The position numbers were made by a program, and so were the translations under genes. Below are positions 6,502 to 15,568 of a DNA stretch of 32,000 nt, one piece after another. Below the pieces are notes generated by a model. The model was given only the letters and a program-made list of their open reading frames with translations. It was not told the origin of the DNA and did no database searches. The stretch covers positions 34,867 through 66,866 of the forward strand of contig DATBGU010000075.1 of NCBI GenBank assembly GCA_036557825.1, read 5' to 3'. The stretch is from Gemmataceae bacterium. GTDB taxonomy: Bacteria > Planctomycetota > Planctomycetia > Gemmatales > Gemmataceae. Each line of letters opens with the position of its first letter. Positions within the stretch are counted from its first letter, which is position 1.

Positions 6502-9500
6502 TCAGAAGCCCGGCGCGCCCTCGCGATTGAGCGGATAAATGACGATGGACTCGGCCGCGTGATCGGCGGCTGGGTGTTTTTTGCGATACATCTGCACGGT
6601 CCGGCTCTGCGCCAACTCGTCTGGCTTGAAGATCCGGTGCAGTTCCAGGTGCAGCTTGCCCAGCACGTGCGCCGCCGCCTCCTTCAATTCAGGGTCGGTT
6701 TCCTTGTGGAAAAACGGGGCGATCTGAGTCAGCAACAGCTCGAAGCGGGGCCGCCTCGGTTGCGTCACTGAGACGGGTTCGCTGCCGAGGGCCGTCAGCG
6801 CTTGTGCCAATTGAGCGGCCGCTTCTCGCCGCGCGCCCTTGTCGGTTTGGCCGTTGAGCAGCGTCTGGGCCAACGCTTTCAAGGACTCCTCATCCGTTTT
6901 CGGCGCTCCTTCGGGAACCTCGACCTTCGCCAGCGGCCGGCCGAGCATCTGGAAGCACTGATGCAGCCCGAAATGCGCGCTCAGGTTTTCGGTGTCGATG
7001 CGCAGCGTCCGCTGGTATTGCTCGATCGCTTCCAAGAGGAAAGGATCGCGCGCTTGCGGGTTGCCACGCTCCAGCGAGGCGCGCTCGAAGAGCGCGCGGC
7101 CCAGGGCGTTAATGACGACGTAATCCTTCGTGAAATCGAAACCGCGGTCGCGCGGCTGCCGCTCCGGATCGAGGATGCCCTTGAAAATCGTGATGGCGTC
7201 GTCGTAGCCCCGACGATCGGAGGCGTTCTCCAGCGTGACGAGTCCGTTGAACCACGCCACGGTCCACCACGGCGCGCCGCCCTTGCCGGCCTCTTCCAGC
7301 ACCGTGACCGCCTCGCGCAAGCGTCCCTCCTTCTGGTAGACGCGCGCCAGGTTCAGGTTCGCGTGGCCGGCCGCCTCCTTCGGATAGCGCTTCAGAAGTT
7401 CCTTGAACGCTTCCTCGGCCTGGCGCAGCTCGCCCTTCTTTTCGGTGATGCCACCCTCGATGAGGCAGCCGATGCCGTAATCGTTCCAGCGCTGCCACGC
7501 CGGTTTGATCGGCGAAGTTTGCTCCCGCACTTTCTCGTCGACGCCTTCGACCGGCAGCGTCAGCCGGTCGGCGCACAGATCGACGATCGGCAGTTTCGGC
7601 ACCTTATCGTCGCCGCCGTAAACCAGACTCATGTACTCGAAATCGAACTTACGGTAGCGCACGCGCACTTCCAACTCGACCGGGCCTTTCACGTCTTGCG
7701 GCACCTTCAGCTCGTAGTGGACGACGTGACCGGCGCCCGGTGGAATCTGATGGTTGTACAGCGGCGTGAAGATGTCCTGCGGATTGCGGCGATTGACGCG
7801 ATTGCCGTTGCGGTCCAGCATCAGCACGTTGAGGCGATGCGCCCACTCATCGACTGCCCCGGTTTCGTCGGGACCGGCGAGCGCCCCGGATCGACCGATG
7901 ACCTTGCCGGCCGATTTCGCCGTGAAGTCCACCCATATTTCGTTGGAATCGACCGTGCCCTGCGAGAACAGATGGCCGACGCCGAGAGTGCGAATCACCA
8001 CTTCGACGAGGTAGTTGTTCCCCGGTTTCAGCTTCGGCAGTTCCGGCCGCAGCGGGGCGATGAGCCGGCCATCGATGGTGCCGCCTTCCTTCAGCGCGAA
8101 CAGGTCGATGCGCAGCGAGCGGTCCTTGCCCTCCGGATCGGTGCCGCGCAGGAAGTCGGCGTTTTTCTCGGCCGCCTTTCGGAAGCCGTCGGCGTGCGCG
8201 GCATGTTCCGGCATCTGGCTCAACAGCCACGCCAATCCGGTGTTCGCCGCCGGGAAGAAGTGATCGTGGACCTTGCGCGTACCACTGGTGTCGAAGTCCT
8301 TCGAGCCGAAATCGTTGCTCGCTTGCAGTAGCATGTGGCAACTATTGCAGTTCTCCTTGGCCTTGGGCGGATAGTAGAAACTGCGGGCGTTGTGGCCGGA
8401 AACGCCGCTGAGCAGGAACGATTCGCGGTGGTCTTGACCGCGCAGGAACTCCTTGTAGTGGTTCAACTCGACGGGCAGGCTGACCTTGTGGCACGTCGAG
8501 CAGAAGTCCGCATGGATGTTGTCGGCGTTGCGATGGAACGGTTTGAGGAACGTCTTTTTGTGGAAATCGGGCTTGGCCTTGACGACCTGATTGCTGAACC
8601 AGCTGAGCAGCGGATTGTCACTGTAGGCGAACGGATAGGGCATCGGCTCCTCGATGGTGTAGGCGGCGTTGCCCTCGTTGCTGTTGACGTTGGTGATGGC
8701 GTGGCAGACGACGCAGGTGATGCCGGCCTTGGCGGTCGGATGGTTCTCATCGTCGAACTTGGGATCGTCGAAAGCGCCGGAGAAGAACGGCACCGGATCG
8801 TGACAGCCGGCGCACCAGCGCGAGGCGCGTGGGACGCCGTGCTCATCGACGATCTTGCGCGACTCGCGGACGCTGAAACGATAGGGCGGATTGTTGAACG
8901 AGCTGAAGTGGTGCGCCGAGTGGAAGTGCTGCTTGTAGATGTCGGGATGGCACTGCATGCAGTATTCGTCCTTCATCATGGCGCTGGCCGGGATGAAGTC
9001 GCCGGTGGCGGTGCGCGCCCTGGACGGCTCGTAATATTTCTCGCCCTCGCGCGGGCCGACGGCGAACCACTTGCGCGGATCCTGCATGTGCAGCACGATC
9101 ATGGCGGCGACGAAGACAGCGACGCCAGCACCCCAGCCGTAGGCGTAGTGCCATTTGATGTCCGGGCCGGCCCAGCGGTGCAGCACGTACAGCACCACGG
9201 CGGCGACGGGGGCGAGAATGTGCAGCCCGTACACGATCCAGCGACCGACGCTGCCGACCGGCAACTGCGGCAGGCCGGACAGCTGGATGAGAGCCACGCC
9301 GCTGACTACGACCAGAATGCCGGTGACGAATAGGGTGATGCCGAGCTTGACGGCCAGGCGGTTTTTGCGTTTGCGCGCGGTCAGCAGATGCGTACACCCA
9401 AACACGAGGAACGGCAAAATGATGGCGAGTCCAAACAGGATGTGGGCGACGAACATCTGCAAGGTGAACTGGTTCGTGTAGGTGCGGGTGCTGATCATCT

Positions 9501-9675
9501 CCAGCACGCGGATCGCCAGCAGATAGATGCCGGTGACGCCAAGCGCCGCCGTGCCGGCGAAGACGAGGAAGAGCAGACTTTTCAGGCGTGGGCCGATCGC
9601 CGGTTCGTAGGGCCGGCCGCGCACGTCCACCAGTTTTCGAGGCGGAACAGCCGCTTGGGTCTGTGGAAGGTCCAT
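6502..9675 (-). CDS. Integral-membrane multiheme c-type cytochrome fused to a TPR-like C-terminal region
   Basis: About five N-terminal TM helices. Five CXXCH haem-binding motifs (CMQCH, CAGCH, CVVCH, CSTCH, CNSCH). The C-terminal half is helical-repeat/TPR-like (NLARVYQKEGRLREAVTVLEEA...). ATG at 9675. Clear amino-acid complexity compared with the Arg-rich antisense ORFs. Confidence 0.8.
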   Translation of the reverse strand: MDLPQTQAAVPPRKLVDVRGRPYEPAIGPRLKSLLFLVFAGTAALGVTGIYLLAIRVLEMISTRTYTNQFTLQMFVAHILFGLAIILPFLVFGCTHLLTARKRKNRLAVKLGITLFVTGILVVVSGVALIQLSGLPQLPVGSVGRWIVYGLHILAPVAAVVLYVLHRWAGPDIKWHYAYGWGAGVAVFVAAMIVLHMQDPRKWFAVGPREGEKYYEPSRARTATGDFIPASAMMKDEYCMQCHPDIYKQHFHSAHHFSSFNNPPYRFSVRESRKIVDEHGVPRASRWCAGCHDPVPFFSGAFDDPKFDDENHPTAKAGITCVVCHAITNVNSNEGNAAYTIEEPMPYPFAYSDNPLLSWFSNQVVKAKPDFHKKTFLKPFHRNADNIHADFCSTCHKVSLPVELNHYKEFLRGQDHRESFLLSGVSGHNARSFYYPPKAKENCNSCHMLLQASNDFGSKDFDTSGTRKVHDHFFPAANTGLAWLLSQMPEHAAHADGFRKAAEKNADFLRGTDPEGKDRSLRIDLFALKEGGTIDGRLIAPLRPELPKLKPGNNYLVEVVIRTLGVGHLFSQGTVDSNEIWVDFTAKSAGKVIGRSGALAGPDETGAVDEWAHRLNVLMLDRNGNRVNRRNPQDIFTPLYNHQIPPGAGHVVHYELKVPQDVKGPVELEVRVRYRKFDFEYMSLVYGGDDKVPKLPIVDLCADRLTLPVEGVDEKVREQTSPIKPAWQRWNDYGIGCLIEGGITEKKGELRQAEEAFKELLKRYPKEAAGHANLNLARVYQKEGRLREAVTVLEEAGKGGAPWWTVAWFNGLVTLENASDRRGYDDAITIFKGILDPERQPRDRGFDFTKDYVVINALGRALFERASLERGNPQARDPFLLEAIEQYQRTLRIDTENLSAHFGLHQCFQMLGRPLAKVEVPEGAPKTDEESLKALAQTLLNGQTDKGARREAAAQLAQALTALGSEPVSVTQPRRPRFELLLTQIAPFFHKETDPELKEAAAHVLGKLHLELHRIFKPDELAQSRTVQMYRKKHPAADHAAESIVIYPLNREGAPGF

Positions 9676-9839
9676 AAACGGAAAACCTCACAATACGGAT
9701 GAAATCATGAAGGCACGAGCAAATTTGGAGCGCGGCCGTCTCGGCCGCACGATGCGGGCGGGACGCCCGCGCTCCGACGCGGCGCGGAAAGAGCGCGCGA
9801 GTCCGATCATGCGTCGAAAGATCGCAAGAAGCGGAGCGA

Positions 9840-10253
9840 TCACCGCGGAGGGTGGAAAATGCTCGAACCCGCGGAGAAAGGACGTTCGTGGTGCTCTTCG
9901 GGCGTGTGCGGCGAGGATGTCCGGGGAGGCGACGTTGCCGGCGCGAGCATACAAGCCCATTCCCGCGCGTCAGGTGCGTCCGGCGCAACAGGGGCCGGCG
10001 CGGGGGCGACGGGAGCGCGCGAGCAGTTCGGGCCGGTGCAAGGAGCTTGCTTTTTGAACGGCTGGACCGGCGGCGGTGTGTGGTCATCGGCCATCGGAGC
10101 GCTGACATGCACCGCCGTCACATGATCGCCGCAGCCGGCGCGCGCCGACGCGGGCGCAAGGAGCGCGACGACCAGGAGGGAGAGGGTTGCTCCCAGCCAC
10201 CACCGCGAACAGGGGCCTGGCAGGCCGCTCTTGTGCTCCACGCCTTGCCGCAT
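9840..10253 (-). CDS. Hypothetical small secreted Pro/Ala-rich protein
   Basis: ATG at 10253. Signal-peptide-like N-terminus (WWLGATLSLLVVALLAPASARA). Third-codon positions are strongly G/C-biased in this frame. The competing ORF 9852..10535 (+) is an Arg-rich shadow frame. No family recognised and no clear SD. Confidence 0.45.
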   Translation of the reverse strand: MRQGVEHKSGLPGPCSRWWLGATLSLLVVALLAPASARAGCGDHVTAVHVSAPMADDHTPPPVQPFKKQAPCTGPNCSRAPVAPAPAPVAPDAPDAREWACMLAPATSPPRTSSPHTPEEHHERPFSAGSSIFHPPR

Positions 10254-10365
10254 CACGGACTTTGTCGAACGAGAGTGAAAACGAAACGATTCTTGACTTC
10301 TCCAACTCTAACAAGGGGAAGACGGGTGTTCAAGAGAAAGCGGATGGAAGTGACCGGACGCTTTC

Positions 10366-10971
10366 TCAGGCGAATGCGGAAACCTCCTGCTCGGCGGCGG
10401 CGATCTGCGGTTGCAGTGCCTGTATGGTCGCCTGGTCGGCTACGATGGCGTTCTGCAAGGCGTTTGCCTGCTGTTGGTTGCCGAGTTGTCGCAGCACCGG
10501 AATCACGGCGGAGTCGTTCTGGATCGTCGCGTTGAGGATGATGACCTGGTCCTGGAGATCGTCCAGCTGATCCAGCAGGTTGGACTGGTTCTGTAGTGTC
10601 TGCACTGTGGCCTGCTGCATCGGAATGGCGCCGGTCAAGGCGGCGATCAGCGGCTGGAATTGCGGCGCCTGCGGCGCGAACTGTTGCACAAGGGACAGCA
10701 CGATCTGTTCCACCTCAAGCTCGATGGCGGCGTTCTGAGTTTGCTGATGGAAGAAATCCTGTAGGTTGTGGATTTGATCGTGCGGCAGCGACGCGATGGT
10801 GTTCACGGACGCCATCGGTGCCGCGGCCGACATCGGCTGGCTGGCCGGCATCATGTTCGCCGACGGCAGGCAGCGGTCTTCCAGAGGTTCCAGCATCGGA
10901 CGGACGGACGAGGTCGAACGGCGATCGCGCGGAGCGCGGTTCGACCCGGCGGAGAAGAACCAGAGGTTCAT
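10366..10971 (-). CDS. Secreted Gln/Ala/Leu-rich coiled-coil-like protein with an N-terminal LEPLEDRCLPSA motif
   Basis: ATG at 10971 preceded by AAGGAGG about 5 nt upstream. The ORF-track start at 11064 adds 31 implausible residues. N-terminus: MNLWFFSAG..RPMLEPLEDRCLPSA. The rest is Q-rich heptad-like sequence (QATVQTLQNQSNLLDQLDDLQDQVIILNATIQND...). Confidence 0.7.
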   Translation of the reverse strand: MNLWFFSAGSNRAPRDRRSTSSVRPMLEPLEDRCLPSANMMPASQPMSAAAPMASVNTIASLPHDQIHNLQDFFHQQTQNAAIELEVEQIVLSLVQQFAPQAPQFQPLIAALTGAIPMQQATVQTLQNQSNLLDQLDDLQDQVIILNATIQNDSAVIPVLRQLGNQQQANALQNAIVADQATIQALQPQIAAAEQEVSAFA

Positions 10972-11286
10972 GACGCCTCCTTTCAGGGGATGGGAGAAAC
11001 ACGGCGAAGAGCCCGGATGTGCTCTCGGGAACGACGCGGTCGCGGTCGAACCCTTCGTTCGCACCGCGGAAGGAGTCTTCCATTTATAACGAGTGCGCGA
11101 GCGGTCGATCGCATCCCAGTTTCTTCCGCCGCGTGCGAAATCGACGTGATTTCGCTCGCTGCCTCGGGGCGAGGGGTCCCAGCCACAGCGTACAGGAGTG
11201 CGGAAATCGAGGGGCGGATTTTTTCATAAAAGGGATGGATAATAGGGAAGAGAGTGTCGAAAATCGGCGCGAGAGTAGGCCGACCT

Positions 11287-12429
11287 TTATTTTTCGGCAG
11301 ACTTCTTCGCGGCATAGGTCCGGCCGAGATGACCGACGATGGCCCGCTTGACCGCCAGCGCGTCGATGGCGCCGGTCTTGCGGTAAAGAACCTTGCCCCC
11401 CGGCGCGATCAGCAGCGTGTGAGGCAGCGGACCGGCCCAATCCTTGTCCAGCAGGTCGGCGAACTTGTCGCGGTCCTTGATCTTGAGGAGGTAATTGACG
11501 GCAGAGACGTGCTTATCGCGCAGCACCTTCATCGCTTCGTCTTTTTTCTCCGGCTCGTCCATGCTGAGGGTGACAAGTCGGAAATCGCGGCGACGGTACA
11601 TGCGATTCATGGTAACGAACTCTGGAAGCTCTTCGACGCATGGCCCGCACCACGACGCCCAGACGTTGACCAGCAACAGCTTGTCGCCGTCGTTCTTGAC
11701 CAACCGAGCGACGCCGGCTTCGTCGATCGACTCCAGGGCGACCGGCTCCCGGTCCCATTTCTCCAGGGACTTCTTGGCGTCCTCGCGCTTGTCGGCCCAC
11801 TTGGTCGAGCAGCCGAAGACGCGCGTCCGCTCGACCGGGACCGGTTTGCCCGCCAGCAGGGCGTCGAGGGTATTGCGGGCGTCGTGCGATTTGACCTCCT
11901 TGACGTCGGAGTCGTCGATGCGGCCGACGTAGCGGAGCCGGCGTTCGCGGTCGAAGACGAACACCTGCGGCGTGGCCAGCACCCCGTAGGCCCGCGATGT
12001 CTTTTGGGTGTCGCCGTCGTAGAGGTAGGGGAAGGCGAACTTCCTCTCCTTGGCCCGCAGCTTCATCTCCTTTAGAGAATCGCCAAGGTCGGTATAACCC
12101 AATTCGTCGAGCCGGACGGCCTTGGGGTCGTTGGGGGAGATGGCGACCAGGGCGACGCCCTTCCCTTTGTAGTCGGCGTGCAGCCGGATGATGCGTTCCT
12201 CGTAGGCCTGGGCGGTGGGGCAGTGGTTGCAGGTGAACACGACGACCAGGATGCGCGCGTCGGCGAAGTCCTTCAGGGCGTGCTCGCGGCCATCGATGCC
12301 GGGCAGCTTGAAGTCTGGGGCGGCCCCGCCGATAGGCAACGTCCGCAGATCGGGAGGGTCGGCCAAAGCCGTGCCCGCCCCAGCCAGGAAGGCCGCCACA
12401 CCGACGGCGAGTCGAACGCAACAAATCAT
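11287..12429 (-). CDS. Secreted two-domain thioredoxin-fold thiol:disulfide oxidoreductase (redoxin/AhpC-TSA-like plus TlpA-like)
   Basis: Signal peptide MICCVRLAVGVAAFLAGAGTALA from the ATG at 12429. First domain carries VVVFTCNHCPTAQ (CxxC). Second domain carries LVNVWASWCGPCVEELPEF (WCGPC). The ORF-track start at 12501 adds 24 residues upstream of the signal peptide. Confidence 0.8.
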   Translation of the reverse strand: MICCVRLAVGVAAFLAGAGTALADPPDLRTLPIGGAAPDFKLPGIDGREHALKDFADARILVVVFTCNHCPTAQAYEERIIRLHADYKGKGVALVAISPNDPKAVRLDELGYTDLGDSLKEMKLRAKERKFAFPYLYDGDTQKTSRAYGVLATPQVFVFDRERRLRYVGRIDDSDVKEVKSHDARNTLDALLAGKPVPVERTRVFGCSTKWADKREDAKKSLEKWDREPVALESIDEAGVARLVKNDGDKLLLVNVWASWCGPCVEELPEFVTMNRMYRRRDFRLVTLSMDEPEKKDEAMKVLRDKHVSAVNYLLKIKDRDKFADLLDKDWAGPLPHTLLIAPGGKVLYRKTGAIDALAVKRAIVGHLGRTYAAKKSAEK

Positions 12430-12556
12430 GGGGAGAACTCCGGGGGCGGGTCCAACTCGACTGTCACGGCCCGATTCTACACCGCCGGACAACGGTTGCA
12501 ACGACTTTTCCCCACTCTCTTCCGAATGAAGTCACCGGAAGGCCACAATCCCATCG

Positions 12557-12799
12557 TTGGAAGCCACCGCGAAAGGATTTGGTGGCGTTCTATGCCGAAC
12601 TCCTCCTCGGAGATCTGCCGGACGCGGAATGGGTCGAACGGCTGGTGTCCGTCGTCAGCATGGGCCGTCCAGGGCCGGCCGCGAATGCCGCAGCCGCTTC
12701 CGTCGGGTCTATGCCACCATCCTGGATGAGTGGCTGGATCTTCCGTCCCGAACCGTGCTGGGAGGCACCTTCGAGCGGCTCCCGCTATTCCGAGTGTAG
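12557..12799 (+). pseudogene. Possible 3' remnant of a DUF1501-family (sulfatase-like) gene
   Basis: The last ~33 codons (12698-12796) read FRRVYATILDEWLDLPSRTVLGGTFERLPLF. This resembles, from memory, the conserved C-terminus of DUF1501 proteins (DFRsVYaTvLe.WLg....vLgg.f..lpl). The upstream part is Arg-rich and degenerate, and the region has no plausible full-length gene. Confidence 0.25.
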
Positions 12800-12829
12800 C
12801 TGGTGAACCCGATATTTGAACCGGTCGTA

Positions 12830-15568
12830 TCAGGGCAGCTTGTCCCAGTCGATGATCTCGCCTCCGTTGCGGGTGATCAGCGCGCGGAGCGATTTCTCGC
12901 CTATCGTCTGGGGGATAAAGCGAACCGCCCCATCGACCGTGGCGGCGTGGAAGCCATCCTTGAACAGACCGCCGAGCTTGGGCAACGGTCCCTTCGGGTC
13001 GAAGGTCAGATCCTGCGGCTTCGTCCACGGTACCGATTCAGCGGCCTCCGCGATGAGCAGGGTGTAGGTGGAGCCGTCCCGAACATCCCCCCGTGGGGTG
13101 CCCCGTGGACCATCAAAGACAGCTCCGGGACCGACGAACACCTGGTACCGTGTATTGACAAGATCCGTCGGGTTGACGTTGCCGGGAAGGTTCCCCAAGC
13201 GGGCGGTTTCAAACACTCTGGGGATCAGCGGCAGAAGCTTCTTGTTGTGCTCGCTGTCCCACGGCTCATCCAGCTTGAAACGCTTGTATAAAGCCTCCTG
13301 TTCGAGATACGGCAGCAGGGCGACCCGCCAGCTGAGGAGGGGCGTGCTGTCCTTGCCTCGGATGCTCTGCGGCGGCAGGCGGCCGTGAGTGGCCTCGTAG
13401 TTCAGCATGGCGAGCGCCAGGCTTTTCAAGTTGTTGCGACTGACCGTGCGTTCGGAGGACGAGCGGACCGCGAGGGTGGAACCAAGGACCGAGGAGCTGG
13501 CCTGCGCCACCAACGTCGCCGGAGTTCGCTCAATCTGGAGGGTGGCCCGCACCGTGCCTTCCTGCATTTCGACGTGCGGGTTATCCAGGGCCGCGACGCA
13601 GTCGTTGAGCCAGCGCAACTGTCCAGTGAGCGTGACGTCGCTCTTGGCCAACGTAGCCAGAAACGGCTTCAGTTTGCGGTAAAGGAGGGCGAGAGCGGCC
13701 TTGATCGCCTGCTGGCTCTCGCGAACGGGAACCTGCGGCGGGAACTCAACATTCAGGGCGATCCGTGTTCGCGCATGCGGGCTGACATCCATCGTCAGGG
13801 TGGCGCCGTGTGCGCTCAGCAGCGGCCGAAGCGCAGGCTCTTCCTTGAGGAACTCGTCGCCGATCCACTTCTGGAGAAACTCGGGCGGATACAGCCCGGC
13901 CACGATGAGATGTTTTTCCGCTCCCTGCTTGAGCACGCTCGTCCACGGACCGGGGGCGTCCGACCGACTCGGCCGGCGAAGGACACGCTTCATTTCGGCT
14001 GGCGGAGCGAGCACGAACGTGCGGTCGTTGACGAAAGACACGGCGTTCTTGCCCGGCCGCTGGGTTGCGTCCGCCGTGTGGTAGGTGACATCGCCGTCTG
14101 TCAATCGGCGCGGCTTGGGCGGCAGCAAGGCGGCCAAGATCTTGTCGCGCGGGACGTCTCCAGTTGTCGTGACGATCACCACGGGGTCGGACAGGGTGCC
14201 GTCCTTTTCGGAGCGGAGCAGGAAAAGCACTACCCGCTCGACTTCCGAGGGCGCCACTCCCAACCATTCTTGGAGCGGTTGGAACGCTTGGTCGAGGTCT
14301 CGCGCGGCACGCTCGCGCAGAGGCTGGGCGGCCGGGCTTTTGCGCAGGGCCGCCAGGTCGAGGAATATGAAGCCGAAGGCCTGCGGGGGCACGAGAGCGA
14401 GGTCCGACGGCAACGAAGCAGCTGGAGCAACAACGGACGGTTCGGGCGGTGTCTCGATCTCGGCAGGGGGAGCAACTCGACCGCGATGAATCAGCGCGAA
14501 CGTCAACCCCACGGCTGCCGTCACCGCGGCACCGGCCGCCAACCAAAGAAACTCACGGCGGCGGAGCGATCGGCCGAGGCGCTCGATCGGCCCTGGGCGG
14601 CGGGCGAGAATCGGCTCGCCGTCGAGGAAGCGCCGCAGGTCGGCGGCCAAATCCGCGGCAGTGGCATAACGCCGTCGCGGCTCCTTTGTCAGCGCCTTCA
14701 GACAGACCGTTTCGAGGTCGCGCGGAATACTTCGGTCCAGAGCGCGGGGCGGCTTCGGCTCCGCGAATCGCACTTGATGGAGCAGCATGCGTGCCGTGCC
14801 GCGGTAGGGGAGTTGCCCCGTGAGTAGCTGATAGAGGATGACGCCGAGACTGTAAACGTCGCTGCGGCCGTCCACGAGATGGGACTCACCGCGCGCCTGC
14901 TCGGGGCTCATGTAGGCGGGGGTGCCGAGCACCTGTCCTTCGTGGGTTAAGGTCGCTTCCGCGCCGTCGCGGCGGGCAAGACCGAAGTCCATCAGGTGGG
15001 GTTTGCCGGCCTCGTCGAGCATGACGTTGGACGGCTTGACGTCCCGATGGATCACGCCGCGGTCGTGGGCGTACTGCAAGGCGTCGGCGACGGCGGCGAC
15101 GAGACGGGCGGCTTCCCGCGGACTGGGCCGACTGCCCGAAATGAGGTCGGCCAGCGTCATACCTTGGACGAATTCATTCACCAGGTAAGGCAGGCCGTCC
15201 TGCTGTCCGACTTCGTGGACGGGCACGATGGAGGGATGACGAAGTTGGGCGACACTGCGCGCTTCACGCAGAAAACGCTGCAAATCGTCGCTGCCGGAGA
15301 GGATACCTGCGCGCGGAACTTTGATGGCGACTATGCGATCCAGTTCGGGATCGCGGGCCTTGAACACGGTGCCGAAAGAGCCGGCACCAACCTGATCGAG
15401 CAACTCGAATCGTCCCACCCGGCGTGGGCCGTCCAGCGGCCGCCAAACCACGGTCGCACAGGTGTTCGGCGGAAAACTTGAGCCGCAAGAGGGACAAAGC
15501 ACCTCCGCCGGCAAATTGTCTTCCGCCAGTTCTACAGTTCCCTGACAGGTCGGGCAGATGAGGTGCAT
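12830..15568 (-). CDS. Ser/Thr protein kinase. Architecture: N-terminal zinc ribbon, Hanks kinase domain, TM helix, ~350-aa extracytoplasmic region, C-terminal DUF1559-like domain.
   Basis: ATG at 15568 gives MHLICPTCQG..LCPSCGSSF. Kinase motifs: GAGSFGTVFKA, VAIKV, HRDVKPSNVML, DFGLAR, GTPAYMSPEQ. TM helix FLWLAAGAAVTAAVGLTFALI. C-terminal ~203 aa (12833-13441): SRNNLKSLALAMLNYEATHGRLPP...LLSWRVALLPYLEQEALYKRFKLDEPWDSEHN...VDGAVRFI. The ORF-track extension to 15943 overlaps the next gene and looks non-coding. Confidence 0.85.
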   Translation of the reverse strand: MHLICPTCQGTVELAEDNLPAEVLCPSCGSSFPPNTCATVVWRPLDGPRRVGRFELLDQVGAGSFGTVFKARDPELDRIVAIKVPRAGILSGSDDLQRFLREARSVAQLRHPSIVPVHEVGQQDGLPYLVNEFVQGMTLADLISGSRPSPREAARLVAAVADALQYAHDRGVIHRDVKPSNVMLDEAGKPHLMDFGLARRDGAEATLTHEGQVLGTPAYMSPEQARGESHLVDGRSDVYSLGVILYQLLTGQLPYRGTARMLLHQVRFAEPKPPRALDRSIPRDLETVCLKALTKEPRRRYATAADLAADLRRFLDGEPILARRPGPIERLGRSLRRREFLWLAAGAAVTAAVGLTFALIHRGRVAPPAEIETPPEPSVVAPAASLPSDLALVPPQAFGFIFLDLAALRKSPAAQPLRERAARDLDQAFQPLQEWLGVAPSEVERVVLFLLRSEKDGTLSDPVVIVTTTGDVPRDKILAALLPPKPRRLTDGDVTYHTADATQRPGKNAVSFVNDRTFVLAPPAEMKRVLRRPSRSDAPGPWTSVLKQGAEKHLIVAGLYPPEFLQKWIGDEFLKEEPALRPLLSAHGATLTMDVSPHARTRIALNVEFPPQVPVRESQQAIKAALALLYRKLKPFLATLAKSDVTLTGQLRWLNDCVAALDNPHVEMQEGTVRATLQIERTPATLVAQASSSVLGSTLAVRSSSERTVSRNNLKSLALAMLNYEATHGRLPPQSIRGKDSTPLLSWRVALLPYLEQEALYKRFKLDEPWDSEHNKKLLPLIPRVFETARLGNLPGNVNPTDLVNTRYQVFVGPGAVFDGPRGTPRGDVRDGSTYTLLIAEAAESVPWTKPQDLTFDPKGPLPKLGGLFKDGFHAATVDGAVRFIPQTIGEKSLRALITRNGGEIIDWDKLP

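Noticed and set aside
6802-8331. A 509-aa plus-strand ORF antisense to the cytochrome-TPR gene. Similar long ORFs occur at 8335..9333 (+), 8843..10108 (-), 5610..6485 (+), 11254..12075 (+), 11513..12424 (-), 13385..14827 (+), 27144..28439 (+) and 30486..31832 (+).
   Set aside because: These are typical shadow ORFs of high-GC DNA. They have Arg/Ala/Gly/Pro-rich, low-complexity translations and no motifs. Each fully overlaps a gene with clear family signatures, on the opposite strand or in another frame.
9732-9770. Two adjacent 7-bp GC stem-loops (GCGGCCG-TCT-CGGCCGC and GCGGGCG-GGA-CGCCCGC) downstream of the small ORF at 9840
   Set aside because: They are short pure-GC stems with no U-tract, which are plausible by chance in ~70% GC sequence. 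They may act as a weak terminator, but the evidence is insufficient to call.
11086-11092. A TATAAAT-like box on the minus strand ~115 nt upstream of the Q-rich gene, considered as a -10 element
   Set aside because: The best upstream -35-like hexamer (TCGACC) is at a 14-15 nt spacing, and sigma-70 consensus rules may not transfer to this phylum. It is too weak to annotate.
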